From the NCBI GenBank assembly GCA_951406725.2, contig OX597825.1, positions 22,134,001 to 22,198,000 of the forward strand: 64,000 bases of DNA, read 5' to 3'. Below the pieces are notes generated by a model, which worked only from the letters and a program-made list of their open reading frames with translations, ran no database searches and was not told the DNA's origin. Source of the stretch: Octopus vulgaris. Its lineage: Eukaryota. Of this stretch, positions 25,994 through 40,658 are shown one piece after another (the first letter of the stretch is position 1; every line of letters starts with the position of its first letter). The position numbers and the translations under genes were made by a program.

Positions 25994-26210
25994 CAGATTA
26001 CTGTAGATAAAACAAAGTATTGCAAAATGTGGTGTTTGTATTACTTCTTGATATAAACTAAGGGGATAATCTCCATGACTATATAACTGTTGCGCGTCAG
26101 GTTTCCTTGTGCCGGCACGTAGTTGAAATTGTTTTCGTCAACTGCTCGCATACGAAAACGGGTTATTTCACATATCCCACCTCAGTTAATTAATATCACA
26201 TTCAATTAAT

Positions 26211-26598
26211 GGATGAAACTACTCCGTCGGTACCGACGACGAGGGTTCCGGTTGATCCGAATCAACGGAACAGCCTGCTCGTGAAATTAACGTGTAAGTG
26301 GCTGAGCACTCCACATACACGTGTACTCTTAACGTAGTTCTCGGGGATATTCAGCGTGACACAGAGAGTGACAAGGCCGGCCCCTTGAAATACAGGTACA
26401 ACAGAAACAGGAAGTAAGAGTGAGAGAAAGTTGTGGTGAAAGAGTACAGCAGGGATCACCACCATCCCCTGCCGGAGCCTCGTGGAGCTTTAGGTGTTTT
26501 CGCTCAATAAACACTCACAACGCCCGGTCTGGGAATCGAAACCGCGATCCTATGACCGCGAGTCCGCTGCCCTAACTACTGGGCCATTGCGCTGCCAC
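26211..26598 (-). mobile_element. SINE family C
   Basis: Reverse complement of 23935-24326; TSD-like att(c/t)aattaat. Confidence 0.93.
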
Positions 26599-26710
26599 AT
26601 TTAATTAATATACGAATAATGAATACTGATAAAAACACAGGAATACGTGCTTAAGATTTCGCTTTTTATATTTTCAAATTTGGTCTTTGCCGTTTTGAGA
26701 TACCTGTCTA

Positions 26711-27033
26711 AAGACTCCGCCGGTTACGACGACGAGGGTCCCAGCTGATACGATCAACGGAACAGCTTGCTCGTGAAATTAACGTGCAAATGGCTGAGCA
26801 TTCCACAGACACGTGTACCCTTAACGTAGTTCTCAGGGATAATCAGCGTGACACAGAGAGTGACAAGGCTGACCCTTTGAAATACAAGTACAACTCATTT
26901 TTGCCAGCTGAGTGGACTGGAGCAACGTGAAATAAAGTGTCTTGCTCAAGGACACAACGCGTCGCCGGGAATCGAACTCACAACCTTACGATCATGAGCC
27001 GAATGCCCTAACCACTAAGCCACGCGCCCTCAC
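26711..27033 (-). mobile_element. SINE family D (tRNA head, CORE-like, tail X), young
   Basis: Perfect 14-bp TSD gagatacctgtcta (26697-26710 and 27034-27047); tggcttagtgg A-box, gagttcgattccc B-box. Confidence 0.96.
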
Positions 27034-27161
27034 GAGATACCTGTCTATATAAACCGCAGTTACACAAAGCCATTTTATCAGATCCTTTTGTGACAATTAA
27101 TGCATGTTATTTGCGAATCTCAATACAATTTAATTGGAATCTAAAATTTCATGTCATTTAC

Positions 27162-27360
27162 CTGCTGCCCTCAGTGACCTGTTCCTTTACACGCAAACAT
27201 GGCTTCGAAGCAAATAAACCGAACTTGCAACGGTTTCTATACTGACACCTTATAAATGTGTCGGGTTCTTTGAATTTCCTTCCCATATAAATCTTTTCGC
27301 TTATATACATAGTTCTGCTGAGAAACGATAGATCGTTTGCGAGAAGTGAGACGCTAGACT
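27162..27360 (-). other. Candidate first exon of a minus-strand transcript
   Basis: CT-rich tract, TCAGT initiator-like motif (or acceptor) at about 27360, CAG|GTAAAT donor at 27161; one open frame; no recognised homology. Confidence 0.25.
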
Positions 27361-27595
27361 GAGAGAAAGAGAGAGCGGGAGTGAGAGGGAGAAAGTGAGT
27401 GAGTAAGAAAGAAAGCGGACGAGTGAGACAGAGGCACAAGGGCTACTGAATGGCAGATGAGTGAATGGTAATGTGAGACAAAAACAGTCATTAGTGAATG
27501 AAGAATGGAATATCTATTATATTTAAATCCACCACTACCTCATTTACAACAGTAATCTATTTTGCAAATCTTCAGATGGCAGGACACAACGCTAA

Positions 27596-27985
27596 TCTCC
27601 CTATATATAAAACTGAAGTTTTCTGTGTATGGCAGGTTTGGTAGCCTTCAACTAACACTATCTCTTCCGAAACCATGCGGCGCAAGTTGACCAAAATTGA
27701 GAGTATGATAAAAAAATTCTTGCTCTTCCTTCCGTAAGATAAAATTCAAATCGGATCATGTTAACACCCAAAATTATTTACATCAAAAAGGTGCTTTTTT
27801 TCTATGAAAAGCCCTATCTTTTACGATTTTTTTACTGTTGTGTCGCCATTTCTCGGTGTATTTCAACCAGAAAAATGTTCACGTAAAGAGAATAACAAGC
27901 TACATAATGCAAAACTTTTACTTTTCAAAAATTGAAATTCTAAACGGTCGAAACAAACCCGAGCAACGCCGCGTGAGACTGCTAG
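27596..27985 (+). mobile_element. Non-autonomous Helitron
   Basis: A|TC start, subterminal ccgagcaacgccgcg hairpin remnant, CTAG|T end. Confidence 0.82.
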
Positions 27986-28867
27986 TATATAATAATTCTC
28001 AAACCGTGCATCAAGACGAACACACAAAATCTCTTGGAGTGTCACTCATTATGAATAATAACTAAAGAATATAAGCACGTGAGATTCTCAAAAAAAAAAA
28101 AAGATCAACACAAATGAATAAATAAAAAACGCAACGATTGTTCCAGTAAATGACCCACTGACGTGACATGCGGTTATCTATCAATTTGCCAATTCGGTTT
28201 TGCAATGTTTTTTTCGATGATTATGGCAAATAAATATTTTAACAATTCTCCGGATATATAATTGCTCTTTAACATCTCGCCTCTTTTGTCAATGACAAAA
28301 AAATATTGCTACTTATATTCTTCTCAGACAATTTATAAACGTTAACATCAAGTATGGGAACGTATTTCCAAACGCTTTACTGAGCATTATGATCATCGTA
28401 TCTAATTCACAACCATTTTTTTCTTCAAATCGACCGAATGATTCCAGGGAACTGTAAGAATTACCGATCATTTTACGATTAATGTTCCAAAACGTCTGTT
28501 ATCTAGACAATGAAAAATGATCATTTTTATTCCCAGAGAAGCGTCATGTTTACTGAAATATTTCGCCAGTAATATCTTGTAAAGGTGTGAGCTACATTAT
28601 TTTACCAACTTCCAATATGTGCATAGATTTATTTAGAAATAAATCTTAATATCCTGTGGAACTTTTCTTATTATTTTCCACCTCCGTTGCATTTATTTCC
28701 CTTAGCATCATCGGATTACATTTGCCTCCGCTTCACCAAAAAAAGCAAAAAAAATGGCGACGGTGGTGTATCAGGTGTCGGATGATTTCCGAATGGAAGA
28801 ACACAATTTTATATACACGCATAGATATATACACATATCAAAAAAACCTACAAGGACATACAGACAG

Positions 28868-28921
<54 letters not shown>

Positions 28922-28926
28922 ATATA

Positions 28927-29132
28927 TTCTTTAACTTATTTCAGTAATTTGCTGGAGCACCGCCTTTAGTCGAACAAATCGACCAGAGGACTTATTCTTT
29001 ATAAGCCTAGCATTTATCCTATCGGGCTCTTTGCCGAACCGCTAAGTCACGGGAACGTGAACACACCAACATCGGTTGTCAAGCGATGGAGGGGAAAAAC
29101 ACAGATACACACACACGCACACGCAAATATAT

Positions 29133-29180
<48 letters not shown>

Positions 29181-29367
29181 GTACATGCATGCATAAATAC
29201 ACTCATAAATACGACTGGGTTCTATCAGTTTCGGCCTACCAAATCCACTCACAACGATTTGGTCGGCCCGAGGTTATAGTAAAAGGCACTTGGCCAAGTT
29301 GCCATGCAGTGGGACTGAACCCGGAACTATGTGGTAAGGAAGCAAGCTTCTTACCACACAGCCACTC
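28927..29367 (-). mobile_element. SINE family A
   Basis: Collinear with other copies, older variant. Confidence 0.92.
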
Positions 29368-29559
29368 AAATAATGAAATAATATATTAACATCAGGTTAT
29401 TATATTTACAACATTATTGCAGAAAGTCAGCTGCGAAACGTGTGCTTAATCAATTCTTTCCTACACCAAACAGACACAACAACTTGAATTCACACTATGT
29501 TTCAATTAAGTATCGTCACGTTTTACACCACAAAATCACAGCTATTCCATCGCTATTAC

Positions 29560-29595
29560 CATATATATATATATATATGATTGATTGATTGATTC

Positions 29596-29658
<63 letters not shown>

Positions 29659-29701
29659 TATTTATATATATATATATATTATATATATATGTATATATAT
29701 T

Positions 29702-29751
<50 letters not shown>

Positions 29752-29870
29752 CATATATATATATACATGTATAGATACACACATACATAAATACATACGT
29801 GTATGCCTCCATATATACATATACAACCACATATATGTGCATAAATGTTTGAATATATTATATAATATAT
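29560..29870. repeat. Degenerate (TA)n array
   Basis: Seen directly. Confidence 0.95.
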
Positions 29871-29934
29871 AACATTACATCATATGTAGACATTTATATT
29901 AGATTCTATTTAAACATGTATAATACATTATATA

Positions 29935-30217
29935 TCACATGACCGACCAGACCATCAGATGTTGTTACACATCGCTGGTCACAATGCGTTCGCATTGTTT
30001 TAGCCTTCGAATGACGCTATCCCGCTGGCTAAGCGAGCAGGCCAACAGAATTAAGAGTGGGAGAAAGAGTGGTGAAAGAGTACAGCAGGGATCACCACCC
30101 CCTGCCGGAGCCTCGTGGAGCTTTTATGTGTTTTCGCTCAATAAACACTCACAACGCCCGGTCTGGGAATCAAAACCGCGATCCTGCGACCGCGAGTCCG
30201 CTGCCCTAACCACTAGG
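29935..30217 (-). mobile_element. SINE with family C head and different tail Y
   Basis: About 30045-30217 matches the family C 5' half; 29935-30045 (gcattgtgaccagcgatgtgtaacaac on minus) is unrelated to tail X. Confidence 0.88.
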
Positions 30218-30419
30218 GCAAATGTTTCATGCATCGTGGTTTATTATTTAAGCTTTCGTCGATTCGTATTTGAAGTTGTTTTGCATTTATGATAAAATAA
30301 ATATATGCAAATTATAAAAAAAAACATATAATACTGTACTAACTCTACGTCGTGGATTTTTACTCATCGCGGGAACTTTTCGAACGTAGCACCCGTGATA
30401 ATCAAAGGATTACCGTACA

Positions 30420-30640
<221 letters not shown>

Positions 30641-30783
30641 ATAATAGAATGTTAAATGTTCATTCTGTTTGACCTAGTACTTTCATACATTAAATTATGC
30701 AATCTTCATGTTTATGTAGTAGTGGTGACAGTCATGCTTCACAATTTTTGACTGTAGCGAGATGGTTAAATATGTGCAATATA

Positions 30784-30843
<60 letters not shown>

Positions 30844-31158
30844 CATATATGTTTATGTATGTATACATGTAGTTATATTTCGGTTTTATCATGTTCTTTC
30901 CTTGCCAAATAAGTACATGCACTACATATTAGTTTTTCACCCGTTTATATTGTCGTTACTTATTGCCCTTCTCTGGAAATCTTTGATCACATATATGTAA
31001 CATCTTCAGCGACTTTTCTACCCTACGTGTATACTCCTTTACTTCTTGGTCCATTCCCTGGAATGTCGTTGAAGAGCTCACAGAAGTGTGAATGTAATTT
31101 TGCAGATAATGAACGTAAAATAAAACAAAACAAGAGACGAATGAAGAACGAACATATA

Positions 31159-31280
<122 letters not shown>

Positions 31281-31543
31281 ATGTATGTATGTATATGTAT
31301 GCATGTATGTATATGTGTATACAAGGAATATGGCATGGCATAATGCTTAACGTCATTTTGTCCTTACGTTCGGAGATCAAAAACCACTGATGTCGAATTT
31401 GTCTTTCATAATTTCATGGGCGTAAAAATAGGTACCAGTTGGCAACTAGGGTCAATGTAAGCGACTTTCACCATCCTCTGACTTCCTTGCCTTGAACTCT
31501 ATATTTGAAACTGATATCCATCTATCTATCTATACATACACAC

Positions 31544-31624
<81 letters not shown>

Positions 31625-31707
31625 GAGAATGGAGAAACATACTTAAATCAATTGGATATATATTATCCCATGGTGGGTTGAATTTTCAACCCCTATCTCA
31701 TTTTATA

Positions 31708-31760
<53 letters not shown>

Positions 31761-31782
31761 TATATACATATATATGTATAAT

Positions 31783-31830
<48 letters not shown>

Positions 31831-32609
31831 CGTGTGTATATATATATCTATTCACAGACACACATATATATATATATAAGTCTATGCATATTTATATGCT
31901 TGTGTATGCATATTTGTATATACTTCACATTTGAATAAGGGCAATGTACCCATAAATCTTCAATTTATTCTGCAATCTCTTCAGTTTAAATCCTCAAATC
32001 CTTAATTGGAATCTCGTTTTCTGTTTTTTTTTTTGTGCATATGGTTAGATTTTATGCAACTCTAATGAGCATATAAAAAGGAATAGAAATATTTTGTCGA
32101 AACTAACGTAGCAAATTGCTAATTGAAAACATTGGAAATAAATATAGTAGCAAAACGAACAAAAGTAAAGGTTGAATTTCGGGAAAATAAACTAAACATT
32201 CCAAATCTTATTAAAAAACAGCAATGACTAATCCGAGATATTAAATATGATATACGGATGTAAACAAGATGGCAGATGTGTGAATAAAAATGCAATAAAG
32301 CTATGAATGAATACATTTCTGTAAATCTCTGAAGAGTATATATATATATCAGGAACATAATTTGCAAAAATAATTGAGACATTTTACGTAATTAAATACG
32401 ACACAGGAAAGAAAGAAAAAAAACACAAAATCTGAATTCATATCACAGTTTTTGTGTTAGGATACCACGCACGCGTAGACACGCATTCACAGAGACACAC
32501 ATAAGCGCTTATATATAGTATGTACATACGAAATGCATATATATACATGAGTTTACAAATGTGTATACACATACACAGGCATATATATATATGTATGTAC
32601 GTATGTATT

Positions 32610-32659
<50 letters not shown>

Positions 32660-32741
32660 CATATATACATACATATATATATATGCCTACATATATATAT
32701 ATATATATATGTATGTATACATGTATATATGTATGTCTATA

Positions 32742-32803
<62 letters not shown>

Positions 32804-32804
32804 T

Positions 32805-33030
32805 GTTTACTACCCACAAGGGGCTAAACATAGAGGGGACAAACAAGGACAGACAAAGGAATTAAGTCGATTACATCGACCCCAGTGCGAAACTGGTACT
32901 TAATTTATCGACCCCGAAAGGATGAAAGGCAAAGTCGACCTCGGCGGAATTTGAACTCAGAGCGTAACGGCAGACGAAATACGGATACGCATTTCGCCCG
33001 GTGTGCTAACGTGTCTGCCAGCTCGCCGCC
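32805..33030 (-). mobile_element. SINE family B, full monomer
   Basis: Reverse complement of 42569-42798. Confidence 0.93.
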
Positions 33031-33049
33031 TTTATATATATATAATATA

Positions 33050-33283
33050 TTCACGCAACGTTGAAGGTGTATAGAAGCGTGCTGCACGGAATTTTGTCAG
33101 TGAACAGGTCGTTGTCTCAAAGCGATGAAAATATTTTGGCAAACTAAATCTAAACGTTGAAGTGAATCTAACGGTTTTGTGTGTTTCCTAAATGGCTTAT
33201 AAACACCTTCCATGCTGCAACTGTCTTCGTTCCAGCACACGTTCTCAGATCAGGTCACTTGCTATGCAACTACATCACAGTAA
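33050..33283 (+). mobile_element. Repeat family P (Penelope pLTR-like), single arm
   Basis: Homologous to both arms of 60166-60500; flanked by TA and CA repeats. Confidence 0.75.
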
Positions 33284-34451
33284 CACACACACACACACAC
33301 ACACGCACGCATGTCTGTATGTATGTATTTTGACAAACATCAATAACATCTGCATGTAGTTTCTTAATTGTTGTTAAAGGTTAGAATGAACGTGTTAACA
33401 TTTTAAATATATATTCAACAAATCTAACACCAAGCTAAGTAATAAAGGAAATTCAAACTTGCCTCAAAATATGGGCATTCATTAATATTTCAGTCAGCTT
33501 ATTTTAGCAGAAGAACACTGAGCAGATCTTTCGAATTAAAAAGTTTTACAAACGAAACCTTTATTTCAGTATCAGACAACAGTATCTTGATATGGCTAAC
33601 CATTATCTTAATTTCGGCTTGTGTGCAAAAATTGTTCTTTGCGATTCGCAACGATCTATACACAAATAGAACTACTGTGCAAATGATGACAGTATGTGAG
33701 ATCTTATCTGGGTAAATTCAACTTTAGAGTTAATATAACAACCAAAAGGCTTAGATCTTAATAATTACTTATTTACAGTAAGAAACTTTAAACTGATATA
33801 GAAAACTCCGAAACTTTGATCTTTAGAAACAATTATTGTGGGAGATCACATCAACAGATGTGATTACAAAAATCTAAACAGAATTGTTAATTTACATTTG
33901 CACTCCAGTTCAAGGTCTCCCAGTAAAAAACCTCACAAGCCAAAATTTCTAATACTCAATTCACATAACTTGCGCATGGAGTCATTTAAAATGCATTTAA
34001 AACTTTCTATAAATAACTGACGCATTCGTTTCTAACCCGAAATATATTAAATTCTATTTCGCTCAAAAATAGACAAACCGTCACAGGGGAAGGAAGATTA
34101 AATATCCCAGCTCACTAAATAACACAGTAACTTCCTATGTCAAGAAATCTAGGCAAAAACTTCAGTTAGATATGACACTAACTCCTCACAAAAATTTGTT
34201 TACATGTTCAGTAACTTATATCAGGAGAGGTGTTATGAATTCAAGCAGCTACTGAAAGATATATTATCTATGTAAATAATACAAAACCAGATTTGTATCG
34301 GAGCCTCCTATCTAATTTATATATCTCTAGTCGCGGTATTTACCATTCTCAGTACATAAATATACCGTTAGTTAGCGGCGTTTCTTAGTATCTGCTATGG
34401 AAAGTAAAAATTTTTAGTCAGCACACAAATCGAACAAATATATATATATAT

Positions 34452-34511
<60 letters not shown>

Positions 34512-34626
34512 GGGAAGATTTATGAAAATAGACAAAAGACGAAGGCAGGTGGAAAGCAAACGAACAAATATATATATATATATATACATACATACATACA
34601 TACATACATACATGCATACAAACATG

Positions 34627-34686
<60 letters not shown>

Positions 34687-34697
34687 TGTATATATAT

Positions 34698-34839
34698 GGT
34701 GCAGGCGTGGCTGAGTGGTAAAAAGCTTGCTTTCCAACCACATGGTTCCACAGGTTCTGTCCCACTGTCTCTTCTACTAAAGTCGCGGCGCGACCAAAGC
34801 CTTGTGAGTGGATTTGGTAGACGGAAACTGAAAGAATCT

Positions 34840-34845
<6 letters not shown>
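34698..34845 (+). mobile_element. SINE family A 5' part
   Basis: gcaggcgtggctgagtggt...gtgagtggatttggtagacggaaactg. Confidence 0.88.
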
Positions 34846-34883
<38 letters not shown>

Positions 34884-34918
34884 ATATATGTATGTATATA
34901 TATATATATGTGTGTGTG

Positions 34919-34969
<51 letters not shown>

Positions 34970-34972
34970 ATG

Positions 34973-35010
<38 letters not shown>

Positions 35011-38000
35011 TATATATATAGTCGGACTGGTGAATTTGATGCTTTTGAAATCTCAAAAAAATAATTGACCAAATCGTGCTTTTTCCAGAAATAGGAAGGC
35101 TTTTGCAGTTCGTTTAACTTAATCTTTTTGTCTTCTCAGCCATTCAGCACTTTTTTCAGGAGTTACCATTTCGCTTTTTCCCCCAAGCGTCGTATACACT
35201 AAATAACCATGGAAAAATTTAAGTTTGTTCTCTTAGATGGAATAAAGAATCATAAGTGTACCTATTATCGTGTACGCAATTTATTGTTCAAGAACACGCA
35301 CATACGTCATAAAGTCTACCTCCTTATACGCAAACGTACTATTGATAAAATAACGATTGGTATTGATTAATACATGAACCCCCAGGCTTCATATAATGCT
35401 TGCATATGATGTGTTTCTGCGTAGTCATTACTTGGCAATATGTGTAAGCTTATGCCCTTCGCTGAGCTATTGAATACGTATTTCCATATGCATTTTAATA
35501 CTTGTTCATCGTAATATTATTGACAAAATTTTCTCATGAATAAGTGTCTACTAATTCATCAATGAAATCCTATGTGTGTGAATATGTGGGTTTATATGCG
35601 TGTTTCACTATCTGCATGCAAGCAGGTGTCATGTGTTTGCATTAATGTCGGAAACAATAAATAATGTTTTTTTACGAGGAACCTTACCCCATTAAATGAA
35701 AATGTAGCTGTTAATAATTATTTTAAAATAGTTGTGTTAATTAACCAATGAATTAAATGCGTTTTATAGGAACATATTATAACATAAACTTTATGCGAAA
35801 ACGAATATGTCAATATAAATTAATTACATATCACGCAACAAATAAAATGTCCGTTTCCATCGAAGATAAATAAATTACCTTAACACTAATGACAACTGAT
35901 GTTTTATGTTAATGAAAATGTATCGCACTTTTAAAATGCATTGCTGCTCTACTACAAGTTTTAAATCGTTTTTTTAATCACAAAATTGCACAAAACACAA
36001 TGTACAACACACATTGAAAGCAAAAGTAGTGGAATTTTATATAAAACAGACTGAATACGATAATTATACGGCATGTACTAATGGAATGGATTAATTATGA
36101 ATGATAGACCAACGGGCAATGCGTTTTACCATTTGCTGTGATAATTTGCTGGAAACGTGTTCAACATTCGGTGTAATGAGCTTTATATTTCTAGGTATGT
36201 TATATAACTTGGCTATAGATAATATTGAAATCTCACGCTATACTTTAGGGAATGTAAAGTGAAGGAACGCAAAAGTATCATTCATGATGTTTCCTTACGT
36301 TCATATAGTGTATCTACACAATTTCACAGGTCCTTAGGAAGATTAGATTTGATCTCATATGCATTCTAATGTATTGTGGGAATTTAATCTTAGAATTAAT
36401 TTCAAGCAGTTATGGTGGATTGATTGCAGACTATTGTAAACTGATCACCTTCAGATTAAGATTAGTAACTGAATTGAAAATAATTAAAAACATTCAAAGT
36501 AAAACCATTGCGATAAAAGTGTTTGATGGACATTCAAATCGAAATGCAACGTCGGAGTCTATATACTGAACTACCTCCTACCTTGTTAAAAATCAAGATT
36601 TAATATAAATTTCTTTTACGAGCCGATGTACCAATGATGTCGCTTAGACAATCAAAGGAATGAACGTGCTGTCGTTAAAAGGACTCCGAGAGCAATCAAA
36701 TATCACCATGCTATAGTAACGTATACCTTACGGAATGTCTTAAAAGCAATTACAAACATGCGGTGTAATGATATTTCATTCGAAGCTCACTCGCAGTAAA
36801 ATAAGTACATATAATTTCTCAGAGTATGATGCACAATGTAATAAAATGCTAATCCAGAAGCAAATGATATCAAATATATAACTTCAGAATCCTAGGTTCA
36901 ACCAATTTGATTACATTTTCATTTTTAATACTTTTTCTCACTAAGTATGTTTACGATCATATTGTATATTGTATTTCTCTTCACTATTAAGCAGTTGTTA
37001 ATGATCTCAACTAAAGTAATATATGATATAAAGGATAATTATTAACATCGTTAATATAGCTATAATCAATAATATAATTAGTATTATATCATTCAACAGA
37101 GAAAAGCTCGCAACTAAAAGTAAACAGAGATGGATCTAGGGTAATTTGGTGTCATTAATTATTTCTCGTTTAAAGTTAGTCTTGAAACAACTTACCTCTG
37201 TTGATATATTATTTCAACGTGAAAAGCTCCTTCATATTCTACTTGAGATTTAATTACATCTCACAATCACATTATAATGAAACCCCATTAAACTACAATT
37301 GACATATTATTCACATTCTTCAACAGAAAAATCCCACAACTCACAGAATCGACGGTGCTATAAAGGAAATAAGACATCGATACTTGCATTTGAGAAGTTG
37401 TTTACATAGACGATCTCCTATTTCTAACGAACAATGATGTTGTCTCAACACAGTCATCAGTTGTACTTGCAAGAGCAGATAAATCTTTCTCAAACTTACC
37501 ATTACTGGTAGAAAAATCTCAAGAATATATTGCGAAATAAATGTTCTAGTAACATTCAAACTAAGAAAACTGGAATGCGTAGCTGTTGAAATACATAATT
37601 GTTTTTAGCGAGTGATGTGAAGAAATTTACCGAGATATACAGAACATATACAGGCTTTAATTAGAGAAAGTCAGCATCCAAAGTACTCAAAGAGTTTAAA
37701 GCAATGATCCGCATGGTGCAAGTCACAGTGATCAAAGCTATTCTGGTAGAAAGAGCAACAATAAACTGAGCTATTAGCTGTTCCTTCTTTATTATTTAAC
37801 ACGACAGTGGGAGATGAGAACAACTCCCACATGAAAAAAAAATGATATACAATAGAAAAGCAAGATGTAAAGACTTCATCGTGTTGCTTAAAGGCATTCT
37901 AAATCACACAATACGTTGAAATTGTGACATCGAAAGAAATTACTTTATTCTATTTCGATGAATGGCAACGAAAGGTAACTGTGCAAGTATGTATTGGTAT

Positions 38001-38579
38001 GATTAGAAGGAATAACAAATCTAAATCACAGGTTCTGGTACTGCTAACATCAAGGTGCTAATATTTCCTCCAAGGCGCAAAGAGAATCAATCTCCGAAAT
38101 GTGCTATTAGTTTTTATTTATTTATTTACTGTTACTGCTTCCCCTCAGATCAATAAGCCTTATGTATACAGGTTTTTAGAGAAGTGAGGGGTAATTTACT
38201 TAGTTACAAGGCTTGCTGGAAGTAGTAGTAATCTATCTGTTCAGTCACTTTTCAATGTTTTAAGAAACTATTGTATAGTGTACTTCGCTATACAACCTTT
38301 CTGAAATCTATTCACTCTAATCATGAAATGTATATGAACATTGTCACTACTATAATTAAAGAGGATAATGTATATATATATATATATATATATATACATA
38401 ATAATAAATATTAGGGAATAAATCCAAATTTACAGGGAAAAAAATCAGATTTAGGATTAAATCCAATTTTATAGTAATATATTATATAATATTAATTAGA
38501 GACAAAACCACTATTTTGCAAAACAAAGAAGGAAAGAATTAATCAATACATAAAATTTTAATAAAAAGTAAAAAAACCG

Positions 38580-38622
38580 CCACTACAATTGTTTCATGTC
38601 CTGATCGACAATCTTCAGGTGG
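38580..38622 (-). ncRNA. Minimal type-I hammerhead motif (left arm)
   Basis: Exact mirror of 38691-38733. Confidence 0.72.
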
Positions 38623-38690
38623 ATTTCAATTTTCAAGTCAGTTTCAACTTATATAATTATATAATTTGAAACTGACTTGAAAATTGAAAT

Positions 38691-38733
38691 CCACCTGAAG
38701 ATTGTCGATCAGGACATGAAACAATTGTAGTGG
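38691..38733 (+). ncRNA. Minimal type-I hammerhead motif (right arm)
   Basis: ccac-CTGAAGA-t-tgtc-gatcag-gaca-t-GAAAC-aatt-GTA-gtgg; palindromic stem III ACAATTGT. Confidence 0.72.
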
Positions 38734-38848
38734 CGGTTTTTTTACTTTTTATTAAAATTTTATGTATTGATTAAGTCTTTCCTTGTTTGTTTTGCAAAAT
38801 AGAGGTTTTGTCTCTAATTAATATTACATATATATACATATATATATA

Positions 38849-38938
<90 letters not shown>

Positions 38939-40257
38939 CGTGTGTGTGTGTTTATGTGTGTAAATGTGTGTGTGTGTGTGTATGTACACACACATTTACA
39001 CACACGTGCATATATATCGGAAAGGAATAAAATAGCTTAATCACTACAACCATGATAAAGTATATGTCCCTTATTAACATCGATACAGAAAATTTATAGA
39101 AAATGTATAATAATTTAAGTATTTAAACTACAAATCGTTTATTTAGTTATTTAGATTGTATCTATAGAGACTGATACCCGATGTTCTACCCTATCTGATC
39201 ATTTTATTATTTCATAGTAGCCTTTATGAAATAAACTTAATTTTTGTACTCTTAGAAATTCATACTTAGCTTATATAAAATAATACCGGTATCTTCACAA
39301 CTTAAAATAAACTGCTTAGATTATAATTTAATTAATATATAGTTAACATACTCTTTCGCCTCCGTACTCTTTTATTAAATATCAGTAAATGCCAATGACC
39401 AATCTTTTATAGATACCATCTAATCAGTTAATATTTAAGTATATAATATGTATAATATTAAACTATTTCTATGTAATTTCTTTTTCGCCCTCTATTGTGG
39501 TAAAGTTTGGTATATCATCAAAACTATTAAAAACACTTTTATCCTTTTGTTATACTATTCTTCTTAATAGTCTTCTTGTTGACCTTAAATTTTAACTTTA
39601 TTCAATATGGCAATATTGTTTAAATATTTAACTATAGTACCCCATGATAAATTTTCCCCTGTATTATCATTATCGCTTTACAAATGTGTCTTGTCCCATT
39701 ATTTGTCAGCTAACATCTTGATTTAAGTTTTCCTTTACCAAATCTCATCATATTGCTTCCAATTAATCTTGATAGTTTTAAGATTATATCCACTAGGATT
39801 TTTGTCGACTCCCTCTGCCTCTTTCCGAACAGATACTGCTCCTTATTCATTGACCTTAGATTTTGATATACAATGATTTGATACACAAGACTATCACTTA
39901 AAACCGACTCTCAGAACAGAGACAAGCTAGATCTCTAACAAATTTTCTCCCTGATATATTAGTAGTGTCTAAGCTGAAGTGAAGACAGCAAGTTCGTTGT
40001 CTATCTCCTTACTTTCTTGGAGGTTTTAGTCAAAATTCTACTAATGTGTTTCAATGTACGTTAATCCTATGTGTTTATGCAACTGAGGATTGATGTAAAT
40101 GGTTGCATTGTTCAATTAAATGGAGTCGCTTGAAGCGATCGTACTGCATTACCTCTGGATCTCCTGTTGCTTATTTTGATTTGAACCACCTTATTTTGAA
40201 ACTGTATGAATAATACTGTACTAGATTCTGGTGCCTCAAGAAAATTAAATTCATCTG

Positions 40258-40385
<128 letters not shown>

Positions 40386-40613
40386 AAGAGAAAAGAGAGA
40401 GTGGGGTCTGCTTTGGAAATGCGTTCGTGTGTTAGTAAATACCTCTAATGTTTTTTTATAACACAAACACACTTCGAATGGGGGAGTTGTTCCGCTGCGT
40501 TGGCAGACGTTTTGACTAGTGCAAACATTTAATTACTTAAATTCTGTTTTTTTTCTTTTATTACTAATGCCTTTTCTGTCATTCATTTTCCCCCATTCCC
40601 CTTTCTCTCTTGA

Positions 40614-40658
<45 letters not shown>

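Larger units (their letters stand above)
38400..38830. mobile_element. Penelope-like inverted pLTR insertion: ~350-bp near-perfect palindrome in (TA)n
   Basis: Arms about 38483-38656 and 38657-38830 with about 5 mismatches and no spacer; left arm extends to about 38400. Confidence 0.85.

Noticed and set aside
30995-31100. Inverted gtcg(c/t)TGAAGA pair as hammerheads
   Set aside because: No GAAA or stem I closure could be assembled; too decayed to call.
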